Assembly (NCBI GenBank): GCA_010093995.1
Contig: ML992502.1
Coordinates: forward strand, 2,302,728 to 2,366,727
Source of the DNA: Elsinoe ampelina
Taxonomy: Eukaryota
Reading direction: 5' to 3'
DNA: 64,000 bases
Shown in pieces: positions 24,584 to 38,409 of this stretch. Each line of letters opens with the position of its first letter. Position 1 is the stretch's first letter. The position numbers and the translations under genes were made by a program. The notes below the pieces were generated by a model. That model saw only the letters and a program-made list of their open reading frames with translations, was not told the origin of the DNA and made no database searches.

Positions 24584-27415
24584 CATTTCGAGGTCACCAT
24601 GACCCTGCCTCGGAAGCGAGCCTCGGTGCTTGGATATGCATGTCAGTCGAGACTGTCGCCGAAGAATTATACTCTGATTCTGCATGGGCTACCTCAAGCG
24701 AAGGAGAAGGCGTGTTCAATGGGGTCCATGATTGAGCCCGAGGTTCAGGTCGAAAGAACAAGCATTTTTTTCGTCTGCCTCTGAAGTGCCAAGGTGGTGA
24801 ATAAGTCGAAAGGGCCTTAAAGCTGCATGTGGCCCTTGCATGCAGGATGACAGGCGCATGCCATGTATCATGCCGAGGTATTGCAGAGTGACTGCTGAGT
24901 ACGCCTCGAGCTGAGTCGGGACGGAACTGCATCAGGGCCGTGCTAGAAGATGTCTGGATACTCGCATTGCCATGTGTCGACCAGAGATGAGCATGAAATA
25001 GCGACTGTCAGAGGAGTGAGTCGAAGACAAAGCAGGGGGGGAGTCGCTGGTCGTTGGTAGTCGCGGTGATTCAGCATCGGGAAAGGTCAGATATGGATCG
25101 GACATGCGCCGGACTCCGAAGGGTTCATCATCGAGCCGGGGGGACGATCCGCAGGCATTGCTGGCGATACAGAAGCGCTACGAGCGTCGGCCTCGACTGA
25201 AGACATCGAAACGAGGAGTTTAGAAGAAGAAGATGCGGAAGGTCAAATTCTAAGGATGAATCTGCAAGATCGGAGATGTGGCTTGAACCGACACCGACCA
25301 CACTCGTGAAGAAGCGCCCGTGCATGAACAAAGGCAATTTTCCAAATGGAAGCCCCTCGAGGCCCCATTTTCTCACCTCACCTCGTCAGAGTAAACCCCC
25401 ATCGGCTCCTCATCAGGGCCCATACTAGCCGGGCCGCGACGCCTAGCCATCGCGCTTCCATCCATTACCACATCTGGCAGGACAGGCTTCTATCGAGTCT
25501 CTCATGCAATTCACGCTGTATCTGCGGCGGCACAGGCAAACTCTAAGCCTAGAAGCAATCTATTTGCACGGCCTGATTTGACGAGATGCGGCACCCACAG
25601 AATGCACCAGTCCTCTAGCCGCTTCGGCAAACGAGATTCACACGCACTCCCATCAAGCCACAGCACTTCAAACCTGGGGCTGTAACATCACATCTCGCTG
25701 ACCTGGTAAGCTCGAGAGGATCTGTCGTGGATCGCCAGGAACATGACATGCCATGACATGGGACGTGGAGATCAGCGGGTTTTCCTTTATCCGCCATCAA
25801 CTGCCGTCTCACGTCTACAATGCTGTATACAGGAGGTAACGTCCCATGCGCGCGGGGATCCTCGACATGTCAATTCGCCGAGTCTTGAGTTTCAAGCATG
25901 AGCAGAGCCGAACTGAGAATGACGCATGGTCCATCCAAGCGGCCTTAGCTGCAAACCAGAGCCAACCCTCTCTGGCGCCGCATGCCTCAGCTGTTCGCAT
26001 CCGGCGCCCAATCACGGAATGACCATCTGCATCCAATTTTTCGTCCCTACGATGCCCATCGAGTTTGCTCAAGACCTGCCAGCAATTACATCTCGAGTTG
26101 GCCCAGGGCTGGCTTGGCAACCTCGTATCTGTCGGTTCCATGGTCGAGCAATTTCAGCTTTTCGGCCCCGCCCCAGGGCACAAACGAAAAGACAACAGCC
26201 TACTTGGACGACATTACCACGACGGAAGTCCATCAAGCAACGTCCAATCCGCAGTACTTGTGGCACGTATTATGAATACAAAGACCGAGGGCGGATCATC
26301 AGACGCTTGGGCCTTGCGGCGGAGACTACCTACTCCCACTATCCGTCATTGGAGTGCTTCTCCCTCCCCTTACTCACTCTTCAGCGACCTTTATTGTCCA
26401 GTACCTGTGTTCTTCCTTTCAAACCCCTTCCCTTCCCTTCCACCCTCCTTCTGGTTCGAGACAATTACGCCGGCGGCAGTTGTAGCTTTACCGATGCGTT
26501 CTCCGAACGGTTTGCGTTCAAGCTTTTCTGCCTTGCCCTAAATATTTTCTCCCTGGAGATCGAACGTCTTGTCATCACCGTCCGACGGGACCATTGTCAT
26601 CTTCTGCTTCAGAAAGCCACGTAATTCAAACCTTTCTTCATCAATCGGAACCCTGGTGATCGCCTACAAGGTTATAGATTGCCTGCATTCTCCGGCAACC
26701 TCTCCGCCCCTCGATATCTGATACCCCCCCATTCTGTACCCGCCAACTCCGCGCGCCAGTAGCACTTACTCGTAAGTCCAGCTCTTTTAGTCCCCTCCCA
26801 TCCCACTACTTTACCCCACCTGCTCTAGTCGAAAAGACGTCTTTCAGCTGAGGGCTGGACCCTACATGCGGTAATCGAGCTGGTCACCTGCCTGCTCCTA
26901 CGTCCGCCACGTGAGACGCCAACGGTTGACACGATCCTGACCATACAAGCCCACTTGATCAATCGCACGATATGGTCCTGAGCTGACGACCTCTGTAAGC
27001 AGTCTCTCGGACTATCAAGCATTCACCAGTGAACGTCACATTGGTCAAAGCGTACTTGGGGGTGCCCATGCCGCACACTGCTAAGATCGGGAACTGGACT
27101 GCGGTGAAAGTTCTGTGTCCCGCACTTCTGTTCGCGCCGCCGCTCGCTTAACAAATTTCACATCTGTTCACCAATACACAGAATTACTCGCCTGGAATCG
27201 GACACTCAACGACAAAGTTCGGTACTCCATATTACCATTTCTGACACTTTGACTACTGTATCATCAAATTCTCATGGCCGCTTCGGGCTCCACTCGCGAA
27301 CAGGACCATCACATTCCGGCACGACCTGGGATACAAACTTTGCGACCTGACCAATATCGAAGAACCCAAGGCCTCCCTGATAAAGGTCCTCGCATAGTAA
27401 GGCTTCTGGCCTTCT

Positions 27416-29197
27416 ATGTCTAGGTCCCACAAGTGGCTACCACATTTCCCCGAAGCGTCGACAGAGACCCATGGTGCCGGTATCGCAACCGGAGACCAAG
27501 GGGATTCTCAGCCCGAGGGAAATACAGACAGGTCTGCCATTACCACCTCCCATACGACCACCAACATCACCCATGCCGTAACTCACACCACAAACCTTAC
27601 AACTCTTTCGGAGGGTCACGCCCCGCACGTCCCATTCCCAGCGTCACAGGCGGACGAGTCGACCACAGGTCGGCCTGGACGCCGATCAAAGACACACACA
27701 TTGACTGCGTGCAACAATTGCAAGCGTGCCCACTTGGGTTGCGATGTTGCACGACCATGTAGTCGATGTGTGCTGTCGGGTAAGCAAGTGAGTAGACGCA
27801 CGGTCGGCTCAGGTACGAGACGAGACTGATTGCTCCAGGACACTTGCGCGGATGTGCCGCAGAAAAAAAGGGGGCGACCTCGACTCAGAGCAGACAGCAG
27901 CACAGGATCTCGCATGTCGAGGGATGACACCACGTTACCGACCGCTACTATAGAAGATCTCACGACGCGTTACCATGCAGCGGAACAACACACACGCTCT
28001 GCGGGCCACACACGGGCGGATTCGATGCGCAGCCTACAGTCTACCGAGGGAAGTGCATCTTCTACAGCCCATGTATCCCCGATCTCCTCTCGTGACCACA
28101 TCGATCCTTTCTCAAGGATGTTGGGTCCAGCCAGGAGTCAGCAACCGGTCGTACCCACTGCCTGGCTGGACCTGGATCTAAACATCATCAAGGCTGATGA
28201 CAGCTTCACCAGAATCTTTGGCAATTACCAAGGCGTAGTCGGCCGCCGACTCGCGGAGATAGGACTACCAAGCACTCCAGATCTATTCCAAGCACTGCGC
28301 ACAAAGATGAGGGACGAGCGCGAGAGTAAGGATCCTGCATACCTACCACCTATTGCCATCCCCGGGGAAGATCCTTTAGGACCCATGGCGAACATCAATG
28401 TCGCAGAAGCGACTCGAGGGTTTGATCCCTTGCACTACATGCTAAGCTATACCTTCGCCAGTGGCATGCAACAGACGTTAGCGACCAAATTCAACTTGGC
28501 CAGGACGTCTCGGTATTTCATCATCATGAGTCTGCCGCCTTTAACACCAGACTTCTTCGCTGTCGTTGTTGGCCAAGCCACACGCGCGCAAGAAGCGTCA
28601 GTCCCCCCAGTGACTAACTCTCGCACACCATTTCAGATCATGACTATGTTCTCAGATAGTCGAGTCGCAAACGTCCTCAGTACAGGAGCATCATCACCTT
28701 CGGATTCGCCGGTCGACGATCTGGACATCGATCTCCCTGACCCTCGAAAGTCCAAAGACACGCAAGCTCAAGCATCATCAAGCACAGTCGATGAGAAGAA
28801 CCCTGCCTTACATACTCCACAAATATCCCTCGCCCGACAAGGAGTGTCCGCCAGACCGGGACCCCTCCCTTCCGACAAGGGAAAAGCCAATGAGCCGTCA
28901 TCGGCCGGTCCAAGCTCTGTGTCGACTCCACATTCTATAGCTGACTTGGAAATCTACCGAATCGCCTCTAATGAATCGGCAATGTTCTCCGACGACGAGG
29001 GTGGTCCTGCAAGCCGGCCGAAACCGACACTCCACGACCTCCTCAACAGGCAATCCCAACCACATGTACCGGTAGATTGGAGGCCACCAAGTAGCGGAAA
29101 CACTTCTATACCCAGCAGAAGAGCATCTCAGCAGGGAGGACCCAGAGAATCGGACAAGAAAAGACGGATGGATATTAGCAGTCTTCTGCACCAGTGA
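27416..29197 (+). CDS. Zn(II)2Cys6 transcription factor (Ert1/Rds2-type cluster); intron at about 27788-27838
   Basis: ACNNCKRAHLGCDVARPCSRCVLSGKQ/DTCADVPQKKRGRPRLR; C-terminal KKRRMDISSLL. The true 5' end is uncertain. Confidence 0.85.
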
Positions 29198-30365
29198 GGG
29201 ACATGGTGACTGGAAGTCAAGGACATCTTTCGGTGCTCAACGCACTGCAGACTATGGAACGAGCAGTGCTCGAATCCGGCGGCTGCGACTACAGAAGCGA
29301 CGGCCGCGTATCACGGCCGAATCACGAAGAGGAAAAGAGGAAAAGCACCCTGTACTATACCATGGCGCGAGCGGACGACATTCAGCGTTGTCCACAGGTA
29401 GACTTAGTCAACGACGACGAGTCATCTGCCCACATCGCCATGACCAGTCCACATGAGCCGGGATCAATGTCGTAATTTCGGGATCCAGAGGTGATAGAGA
29501 CTGTCTCTTCTCCCAGTGTGATATACGCACATCATATGTGATGCTTCGTGCTCTTCTCAACCTACATTCCCATACCACTGGGAAGCGTCGCTCGACAACC
29601 ATTGGCCGATGCACGAACCAGATCGCCAAGGTGCCAAGTGGGGGCTAAGTTACTACCGTATCTCCAGACAGTTCAAGTCACGAATGCAATGACTTTACAT
29701 GAGTTGCTTCTCCGAGATGCTGAATTCACTATGCAATCGGCGTTGAAGAGAACGGTTGGTCATGTCTCGCTCTGGCACGGCTCAAGCGATTCCCGAAACG
29801 GTCACGCCTTTTCCTCTCAACAGCCGCTGACCCCGCCAAACCTTTTTTTCTACTCGCCGCCTCCATCTTGGCCCAACATCCAAGACATTTCTACCCTCGT
29901 CGCTCTTTCTCCTCCGACGGACGGGTTGGGTTTGCGTCTTGAAGTGCACCTGATGCGAAGACCGTTGTCAATGACCGTTGCATCTGGTCGCAGCAGAGTC
30001 GATCGCCAGGGTAAGCCATGGCAGAGGTCAAGGTAAGAAAGGCCCAAGTCTTGGTCGTGTCGCTAGCTCCATGCAAGATCGATAAGAAGCTGTAGCTCTG
30101 CTCCGCCACCGAGATCCTTCGATCGACCGCCCAGAAGAGTATCCTATAGCGTGCGGGCGAACCACGTTGTCTTTCATTCTCGAGCCTCTCTTTCTCTTCC
30201 CTACCAGCATCGATTGCTTCCAGCGAGTCTGCTTTCCCTGTCTCCTGTCTGACGGGTCGCCTGCCACTGCGCTGTTGAGATCGAGGTCGCTACCGTCCAG
30301 CGCAAGTGCTGGCCATAGAAACGATCTGCCCCGCCTCCGACCGCCGGCCGCGAATTGTAGCAAAG

Positions 30366-32363
30366 ATGGCGACTTTGCGCTTCTCCCTTCTGGCACTGGC
30401 CGCTCTCTTCGCTCTCCCGGCACATGCGCAAGACCAAAACTTCACAGTATGGTCCTCTTTCATCTTCCTGCGCACAGGCGAGCGCACGCCGTCTTTGCTC
30501 ACGAACATTGCGCCGACCTTGACGTCCCTCGGCGCTCAGCAAATGTACTCGGCCGGCCAATACTTTCGATCGCAGTACCTCGAGCAAGGCTCGGCGAACC
30601 GCATAGAAGAGCTGGACGATGAGTCGCCGCGGACAGATCAGGTTTACGCCCTCACACTCGACAGCCAGTACACCTCGGCGAGCACGCAGTCCTTCCTGCT
30701 AGGCATGTGGCCACCAATCAACAACGCCTCAGCAGACACCGAGGGCATTCCGAACCAGCTTGTCAACGGGACCGTCATCCAGAACCCAGCAGGCGGTGTG
30801 AACCTCCCACGCATCTCGACCGCAGGCGTGCAGGACATCGACTCTCTCTACGTAGGCGGCGACATTGCCTGCCCAGGCTTCGGACGCTACGCAAGCAGCT
30901 CCATCTCCGCCGCCCGCCGCGAGCAACTCATCCAACAGTCCCAATCCACCTACGACTCCCTCGCACCTATCCTCGACCCGGTCCTCAACCGATCCCTCCA
31001 CACCATCGACTATGCCAAATCCATCTACGACTACGTCTCCTACCAAAACAACTACAATGCCACCATCTCCCAACGCCTCTCCACCGACTCTTCTCTCCTC
31101 GACCGCCTCCGCTACTACGCCGACGCCCAACAACTCACCTTCTACGCCAACCTCACCGCCCCCAGCCCTTACAATCGCCAACCCATGTGGGCCCGCCGGG
31201 GCTCCATCTCCACCATCGCGGGCTCCGGTCTCGCCGCACGCATCTCCTCCCACTTCTACGCCCTGCAATACGCCCCGAGCGCAGCCTACCGCCTCTCCAT
31301 CCTCGTAGGCGACTACGCGCCCCTCGTTTCCCTCATCTCCCTCACCAACCTCTCCCGCTACCCCTCCTTCTCCGGCCTGCCCCTCCCCGCCTCCGCCCTC
31401 GCGATAGAACTCATCTCCCCCCCTTTCGCCTCCGCCAACCTCACCGCCACCGGCCTCCCCCCTCCATCACTCCTCTCCGTACGCTTCCGATTCCGCAACG
31501 GCACCGGCGTCACAGGCACCCAAACCTTCCCCGCGTCCGGGGGCGACGCGGATACGTACGCCGTCTTCGAGCGCGGCAACGAGGACGTCAACATCCCTTT
31601 CAACGACTTCCTGGCCGCGATGAGCGACATCAGCATCTCCGACCCAGGCGATTGGTGTTACCAGTGCGCGGCGCAGACGTTGTTCTGCGCGGCGTGGAAC
31701 AGCAGTAATGTCTTCTCCACCGCGTCGGGGAGGGGGGGGACGAGGGTGATCACGCGCCAGCAGGGACTGAGCAACGAGGCGGCCGGGGGGATCGGGGCGG
31801 GAGTCGCGTTGGCGGTGGCGGGGTTGGTGGCGTTGGTGCTGTGGTTTGTCGTTGGGGTGAGGGCGCATAGGACTGAACCTCTTTGGGTGAGCAGGAAGAG
31901 AAGGAGTGAGCTTGGTGGGTTCAAGGGGAGTAGGAAGCTGGCGAGCGATGCGGATTTGTCGGCTGGTCAGCATGTGGCTAAGGATGGGACGGTGGTTGGT
32001 GCTGTGGTTGAGAAGAGAGAGAGGGGTGGGGATGGGCATGCGAGGGTGGGCAGTTGGGAGTTGAGGGATCAGAAGGTGGCGGGGGTGCAGGGGGCCCAGG
32101 GGCAGGGGAATGAGTTGGGCGATCAGAGGCCGTGGACGAGGCATGGGAGGGTGGAGAGTGATGGGACGTTGGTCGAGAGGGATATGGGGAGGTTGGGCCT
32201 GGATGGTGCGGCGATGGGGTGGGGGAGTAGGGACGAGGGGGATCATGTCGGGATCAATGCTGCCAGGGAAGCGGGGGCGAGGAGATTGAGTGCGGATAGT
32301 GGGAGGGCGGATCCGTTTAGGGACCCGGAGGGGTCTGAGGTCAAGGGCGTGGAGAGGGTTTGA
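30366..32363 (+). CDS. Type-I membrane histidine acid phosphatase-like protein (divergent active site)
   Basis: Signal peptide MATLRFSLLALAALFALPAHA, FLRTGERTP (compare RHGxRxP), LTSLGAQQMYSAGQYFRSQY, WCYQC...FC, a transmembrane segment AAGGIGAGVALAVAGLVALVLWFVV, and GGFKGSRKLASDADL. Confidence 0.85.
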   Translation: MATLRFSLLALAALFALPAHAQDQNFTVWSSFIFLRTGERTPSLLTNIAPTLTSLGAQQMYSAGQYFRSQYLEQGSANRIEELDDESPRTDQVYALTLDSQYTSASTQSFLLGMWPPINNASADTEGIPNQLVNGTVIQNPAGGVNLPRISTAGVQDIDSLYVGGDIACPGFGRYASSSISAARREQLIQQSQSTYDSLAPILDPVLNRSLHTIDYAKSIYDYVSYQNNYNATISQRLSTDSSLLDRLRYYADAQQLTFYANLTAPSPYNRQPMWARRGSISTIAGSGLAARISSHFYALQYAPSAAYRLSILVGDYAPLVSLISLTNLSRYPSFSGLPLPASALAIELISPPFASANLTATGLPPPSLLSVRFRFRNGTGVTGTQTFPASGGDADTYAVFERGNEDVNIPFNDFLAAMSDISISDPGDWCYQCAAQTLFCAAWNSSNVFSTASGRGGTRVITRQQGLSNEAAGGIGAGVALAVAGLVALVLWFVVGVRAHRTEPLWVSRKRRSELGGFKGSRKLASDADLSAGQHVAKDGTVVGAVVEKRERGGDGHARVGSWELRDQKVAGVQGAQGQGNELGDQRPWTRHGRVESDGTLVERDMGRLGLDGAAMGWGSRDEGDHVGINAAREAGARRLSADSGRADPFRDPEGSEVKGVERV

Positions 32364-32772
32364 TAGTGGTTTGATTAGGGTATGTGTATATGAATTTTCT
32401 TGTCATGTTCGTCAATTTCTTGCCACTTGCGCGTCTTCAGATCGTCTTTCACTTGATATGCCCTTCGGCTTCTGTCCAACGAGCCCTCAACCTTGGACAC
32501 TGCACTGTTTCGCTACCGGACGGCCACCCCTGCCTCACCTGCTGCCATACGATGAGCCGAAGCCTGCTCATGCAGCGAAGCGTCGCTTCTCCTCGCCTCG
32601 CGACAGACATCTCCCATCTGGTACTCGGGCCTCATTTGCGACCGCCTAGCAAGTTGCCGCGAGCAATGCCCTCTATCTCGGTCCAATTGGGCTGCATGTG
32701 TCTCTTTGATCAACAAACGATGTCTCGTTATCAATCGTGGACCGCTATCGTGATCCTCATCTTTGACCGATG

Positions 32773-34299
32773 TCATTTGAGTGTTCGTCCGAACGTGTTG
32801 TCGTCTCCTGGGTCCTCTGTTGGTTCGGATACGATCGTTTCAGCATCGTCAGACACGGGCAGTGCAGCATCCTCAGACACATTCGCGAATGCGTCGGCTC
32901 CACCCTCTTGTTCCTCGGTAATGCTCGCCGACGCTTCTTCTGCCGATACGGATTCCGTAACTTCGGGGGTCACCCCTTCCAGCTCCTTGATCAGCTCGGT
33001 ACCATCCTCCTTAGCTTCAACCATCCCTGCTTCTCCATTCTCCACGGCATCAAGCTCCGCTGACGACACATCACTCGGCGCATCCGACCCCGTCGGCGTA
33101 AACACCTCTGGCACCTCCATCCCCGGCGCCACATCCCTCCCAAAAACCTCCTTGTAACACGTAAACGGTCCAGGACAACTATCTCCGTCAGCACATCCCC
33201 CACGTCCAACCCTCGGGGTCATACTCACTGCACCGCCTCCCTGCCAAAAATAATATGCCACAAATACTCAAACACCCTGCCCAGGATCTGATCCTCAATC
33301 ACGCTCTCATTCATGTACCGCAAATACCACTCATACTCCTCCCTCGGCCTCTTCAACACCTGCTCCCTGCTGACCGCAAACTGCGCGCAACACCCCACCG
33401 CCACCGTCTCGGGCACATTGGTGTTGTTGAACAAGCCCCACCACACGGACCGAAACTGCTGCTCGACTTCGGGGTACTCGATCTCCTTGCCTTGGGTGGC
33501 GTTGGGGAGGGACCAGTCGCGGTACGGCTGGATTTCGTCCGGGCACCCGGGTTCCCAGCTGCAGCGCAGGTTGGCGTAGCCGTGGGTTTGCACGTAGGGG
33601 ATTTGGAGCGAGGCGATGGAGAGCGGGTTGAGGTTGTCCGGGGCGTCGACGTGCCAGGATTGGCGGTGGGAGTGGGTGAAGACGATGGTGGAGGGGAGGG
33701 AGTCGTAGTGCTCGATTATGTAGGTGAGGTAGGCGTTGCCTTCGTGGCCTTTGTTGTGGAGCGTGTGGAGGGGCGCGGTGGGGTCGTCGACGATGTAGAT
33801 GGCTTGTTGCCAGCTGGGGGAGGGTTAGGATTTGGGGGGGGGGGGAGATGGGAAGGGTGGTGGAAGCGTACTCGGGGAGCTCGTTGGTGACCCAGCTGGA
33901 GTCTTCTTCTTTGAGCTTGCCGACGACGATGATCTTGTCGCCCGTAGGTGGTCGTGGCTTGTTTGGGTCGGCAGGTGGAGGTTGTGCTACAGATGGACCT
34001 GGAGCCATTTGCATGTCGCCTGGCTGCAAGCCTGTCGGCGGATGGTCTTGGTCATGGTAAATCACATGCTGCTGGACCAGTGGTTTCTGCGCTTTCCTCT
34101 CTGCCGCAGCAGCGATCCACGCACGAGCTCGGGTTCTGATGCTTTCTTCTTGAGGAGGCTCACGCTCATCCTGAACAGGCTCATGCTCATCTTGAACAGG
34201 CTCGGGAAGGGTAGAGAATGATTGTGTGTATAGAGTAATAAGAAATAACACAAGAAGAGTGACCAGTACCAGAGGCCTTGGCCTTGCCGTGGAAAGCAT
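32773..34299 (-). CDS. DUF3431 family protein (N-terminal membrane anchor, acidic C-terminal tail); two introns
   Basis: KIIVVGKLKEEDSSWV, NKGHEGNAYLTYIIEHYDSLPSTIVFTHSH...WHVD, GYANLRC, CCAQFAVSREQV, GRVFEYLWHIIFG. Confidence 0.88.
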
Positions 34300-34930
34300 G
34301 ATACCGCCGCCAATGCTGTGCGATCCGCGATGGGACGGGAAGAGGACTTACATTTCGACCTACACAAGCCGTGCCGCCGTTCTTGTATCGTAGAACAAAA
34401 CATGTCCACGTTGTTTGCAGCGTAAGCCAAAGGGAGACAACGTTTGCACTAGTTTCAACGAGGGTCGAACGGCAGTTCCCCCCTGGACATAACTAGATCT
34501 GCTTGACAGGGTTCTGCAGCATGTAAAACGATGCTGCGATGCTCCTACCAGGTCTCTTCGAATTCGTGCAAAAATGCCGGTCTCCCGCATGGTCTGCTGA
34601 TGTTTGATTCCAGATTGTTCGTGGCGGCAAGTTGCCCTTCAGACAACCTCGGAAGAAACAAGTCATGGTAAGCTTTTGCAATCGGTCCGAGCTTGGGAGG
34701 CAAAACGGTCGAGATCTGGCCTAGCCGCGTGGTTTTTTCCCACTCTCCCATCTCGGTCTCGCTGGAGTAGACGCGTCATGCCGAGGCTTCACACGCATGG
34801 CATTTCCACATGATTGATCATGAATGTGCAGTGAACTCGTCATGGCATGTACGGGTATTCATTCGTGAACTCCTTGACCTTAGATAGGTAGTATTATATT
34901 ATTTCTACCCCGCACTTGAAGATGATCGTA

Positions 34931-35053
34931 ACACCTGTGACGCAGTGGCTAGCGTGTCGTTCTTATACTTCTTCCTCGCCCGAGGATTAGTATGGCGGGT
35001 ATCCGCTCCTACAGGGAATGCGAAAGTCGAGAGTTCGACCCTCTCCAGGTGTA
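34931..35053 (+). tRNA. tRNA-Ile(UAU) with a 50-nt intron (34968-35017)
   Basis: Acceptor stem ACACCTG/CAGGTGT+A; D arm ACGC...GCGT; anticodon TAT at 34964-34966; T arm GAGAG-TTCGACC-CTCTC. The mature length is 73 nt, and a T-run follows at about 35069. Confidence 0.93.
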
Positions 35054-35329
35054 GTTGTCTAGCCAAATCTTTTTGCGATTTCTGGTCTCACAGTCGATGT
35101 TGAAGGCTTTTTTTGCTCGATTGGGCCAGATTTCTCACTGTTTGCTCGCTTTTTGTTCAGCTTTGCTCCTTCTTTGACCGCTACGGCATAGCGTGCTCAA
35201 CGTCAGTTCAAAACTGTACAGAAATATGGTAGTGTAATTATAACAGATTTTTCGTGCTCGACAAATGGACCACGCGACCTCACGTATATCTACTACGACG
35301 AATAGGCACTGCGGCACTCGCATTCAATC

Positions 35330-37065
35330 ATGGCAAGGGGAGCCATGATCAGCCAGGACGTCCCCGAGACACGAGTCTTGATCATCATTACAGGTATTTG
35401 CAGGTGCAGCACACTTTGTGTATGATCCTATGTTTACATAGTAAGGTGGCACCATATGTATGCAAGAGTCCGAAGACGGGTTAGTCCCTGTAAGTCACCA
35501 CTTCGTCTCAACCATCAAGGGATTCTGACGTTGAAGGTACCTGGCTTTCTGAAATCTGGTCTGGCACCTAGGCCATCTTTCAATGATGGGTCGTATCCGG
35601 AACCCCTACAAATAGTCATCGACGACAATGGCACGGCCAAGGCGGTACAAAGTCTTAGGACACCGAAAAGCTCTTACCACCGCTGCGTCCGCTATTCCGT
35701 GCTGGAGTTTGAAGAGCTTCTTGATAGTAGCTCGATCAACGCCGCTGGTTGGGACGAAATCGCTCTGACAGTCTACCGGAACTACACGCTCTACGACGGA
35801 TTCGTCATTTTGCACGGCACTGACAGCCTTGCCTACACATCGTCCGCCCTCAGCTTCATGCTACAGAATCTTGGAAAGCCAGTCATTTTGACAGGTTCTC
35901 AAGCACCTATGATGCAGCTGCAGAATGATGCCACAGACAATCTACTCTCCAGTCTGGTCATTGCTGGACACTTCATGATACCCGAAGTGTGCTTGTTCTT
36001 CAACTTCAAACTATTCAGGGGCAATCGAGCGACGAAGGTCTCCGCAGATGACTTCAATGCCTTCAGCAGCCCTAACATGCCTCCTCTAGCGACTATCTCT
36101 AGCTTGAGGACAAATGTACAATGGCCGCTGGTATATCGACCAACAACAGTACACCCTCTGAGCATTCAGACAGGACTGGACACTGCGCATGTCGCTTGTC
36201 TGCGTGTGTTCCCTGGCATCAAGCCGGAGATGCTGGACGCCGTACTTCGAGTAGATGGACTCCGAGGCTTAGTACTGGAGACCTTCGGAGCAGGTAACGC
36301 TCCGGCTGGACCTGATCAGGCGCTCTTGAAGATTCTAGCGGATGCAGTGAAGCGTGGCATCGTGGTAGTGAACGTCACGCAATGTCTGAGTGGCAGTGTC
36401 AGCGCTCTCTACGCACCTGCGACTGTGCTTGGTAGGGCAGGTGTAGTCTTCGGTCTCGACATGACGACTGAAGCAGCTTTGACAAAGCTGTCCTACCTAC
36501 TGTCCTTGCCAGATATTAGCCCAGCAGAGGTCGGCAAGCGAATGTCAACGTCATTGCGAGGCGAGTTGACCGAGATTGGTCGAACACATTTTCACCATCC
36601 AGAAAGTCAGAGTGGCACTTCAACGCCAGAGATCAACAGTCTCATCGCTCTAGGATATAAGATCGCGGAAGGAGACCATCAAGGAGTCAAGGATGTTTTG
36701 CGGTATGATCAGAGATGGCTGTTGAATGACAAAGATCCAGCCGGCAACACGGCCTTGGTAAGTCTTCTGTACGGAGTGAGAGTACCATACCTGACATGTA
36801 CCACCAGCATCTTGCCGCATCAGGCCCGAACAGCGAGATTCTGAAGGACTTTCTGGTGCAGGGTGCATCTGTGCATTTAAGGAATCGGAATGGGTACACA
36901 CCCTTGTTCCTGGCGGCGCAGAAAGGCTTCAAGGATCACGTGCAGCTCCTCGTTCAAGCTGGAGCACATTTGCACGCAGAGGAAGTAGCCGATGCCGTGG
37001 CGGCGACAGAAGCTGCCGATGCGGCGACAGCGGGGGTCTGGAAGGCTGCCGGGATAGGAGCATGA
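35330..37065 (+). CDS. Cytosolic L-asparaginase/lysophospholipase with C-terminal ankyrin repeats; three introns
   Basis: RVLIIITG/GTICM, GFVILHGTDSLAYTSSALSF, KPVILTGSQ, RGNRATK, GLVLETFGAGNAP, DMTTEAALTKL; ankyrin segments GNTAL/HLAASG and GYTPLFLAA. Confidence 0.95.
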
Positions 37066-37282
37066 TTGCCATGAACCAGGTCTAACAACTGAGAAGCATA
37101 GCAATCACAATATAGAATTTATGTATGACAATCTAATGAGAAGGCAATGAAACACCTCCGCCGCTCCCAACTTTCCGCTCCGCTCGGCAAATCCTCGGCC
37201 TCCGCCAGACATCATCCTGCGCATCACCTCTGCCGTCACATGTTTGCTTGTGGTATTACTTTGTGCTACCATATTAGTCACC

Positions 37283-38065
37283 ATGGCGGATCCCTCCGAA
37301 AGTCACGATGCGGACACGTCGAACCTCGACCGCGATCCTCAAGCCGACCTCGACGAGACCAAGGACGAGTTCGAAGCCTCACTTGAAGCCGAGCTAAAAC
37401 CATCACAAGACGCAAGCGACACAGCCATGAACCTCGACGGTGACGGAGCGGACAATGCGCCCGATACAGACATGCCGACAATAGAAGCGCGACTCCCGGC
37501 GAAGAAGGACGCCAGCCTGCGCGAATTCCTAAGTAAAATGGACGACTATGCGCCAATCGTAAGTACATTTAGTCTCACCATGCCTTCACCGCGCCAGTCC
37601 CCTTCCAGCCTCCACCCCATTCGCCTTACCACTAACACCCCCCTCCAGATCCCCGACGCAGTAATCAACTACTACCTCACCCTCGCCGGCCTTCCCCCAC
37701 CGCCCGCAACCCCTCCCCACCTCGCGCGCCTCCTCGCCCTCGCGACCCAAAAGTTCATCGCCGACATCGCCGCCGACGCCTACCAATACAGCCGCATCCG
37801 CTCGACCAACACGACGTCCAACAACCCGCTCACAGGCCTGGGAGGGGCGGCAGGGTTTGGCATGATGGGAGGAGCTGCGGGAGCGGACGAGACGAAGAAG
37901 GGGAAGGAGACGGGGAAGAATGCGCCGCTTGGGGGGCCGAGGGCGGGGTACGGGGGCGCAGGTGTGGGTGGGGGCACGGGGAGGACGGTGTTGACCATGG
38001 AGGATTTGGGCATGGCGGTGGGGGAGTATGGGGTTAATGTGAAGAGGGGGGATTTTTATAGGTGA
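37283..38065 (+). CDS. TAF10: TFIID/SAGA subunit TAF10; intron at about 37559-37648
   Basis: [69 protein letters not shown]. Confidence 0.96.
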   Translation: MADPSESHDADTSNLDRDPQADLDETKDEFEASLEAELKPSQDASDTAMNLDGDGADNAPDTDMPTIEARLPAKKDASLREFLSKMDDYAPIVSTFSLTMPSPRQSPSSLHPIRLTTNTPLQIPDAVINYYLTLAGLPPPPATPPHLARLLALATQKFIADIAADAYQYSRIRSTNTTSNNPLTGLGGAAGFGMMGGAAGADETKKGKETGKNAPLGGPRAGYGGAGVGGGTGRTVLTMEDLGMAVGEYGVNVKRGDFYR

Positions 38066-38409
38066 GGTGGTGAAGGGGTGAGGGGAGTGTGGAGCGAGCA
38101 TTGATTGGCGTTCTGGGACGGCGGGATATAGATGGCGTTTAGGCTGGGTCTAAGTGACCTGCTGGGATTGGTATATGACGAGAGAGACCCTGTGGCTGAG
38201 GACAGGCAGTCATTCTGCAAGTGCCTCCTGTTATGAATGAGAAAACGGGAAAGTCCAGCTGACAGACATGGACGCTGAAAACGATGCTTGAACTTTTACA
38301 TTATGGTACATTGGGTATCTCGTGACCGCGTTTTCTTCTTCTTCCGCACAGCATGATGCATGTGCTCTCATCTGTGTATGTGTCGCCAATCGCCGCTGGT
38401 GGTCGGACA

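Noticed and set aside
25926..26624. Overlapping ORFs upstream of the Zn-cluster TF
   Set aside because: No recognisable domain or convincing splice path to the TF. They are probably promoter or 5'UTR sequence.
30707..32246. Long His/Pro/Arg-rich or Gly/Val-rich alternative-frame ORFs (also at 2428-3174, 19183-20362, 46345-47082)
   Set aside because: These are by-products of the C/G skew islands, which deplete stop codons, and they overlap well-supported genes.
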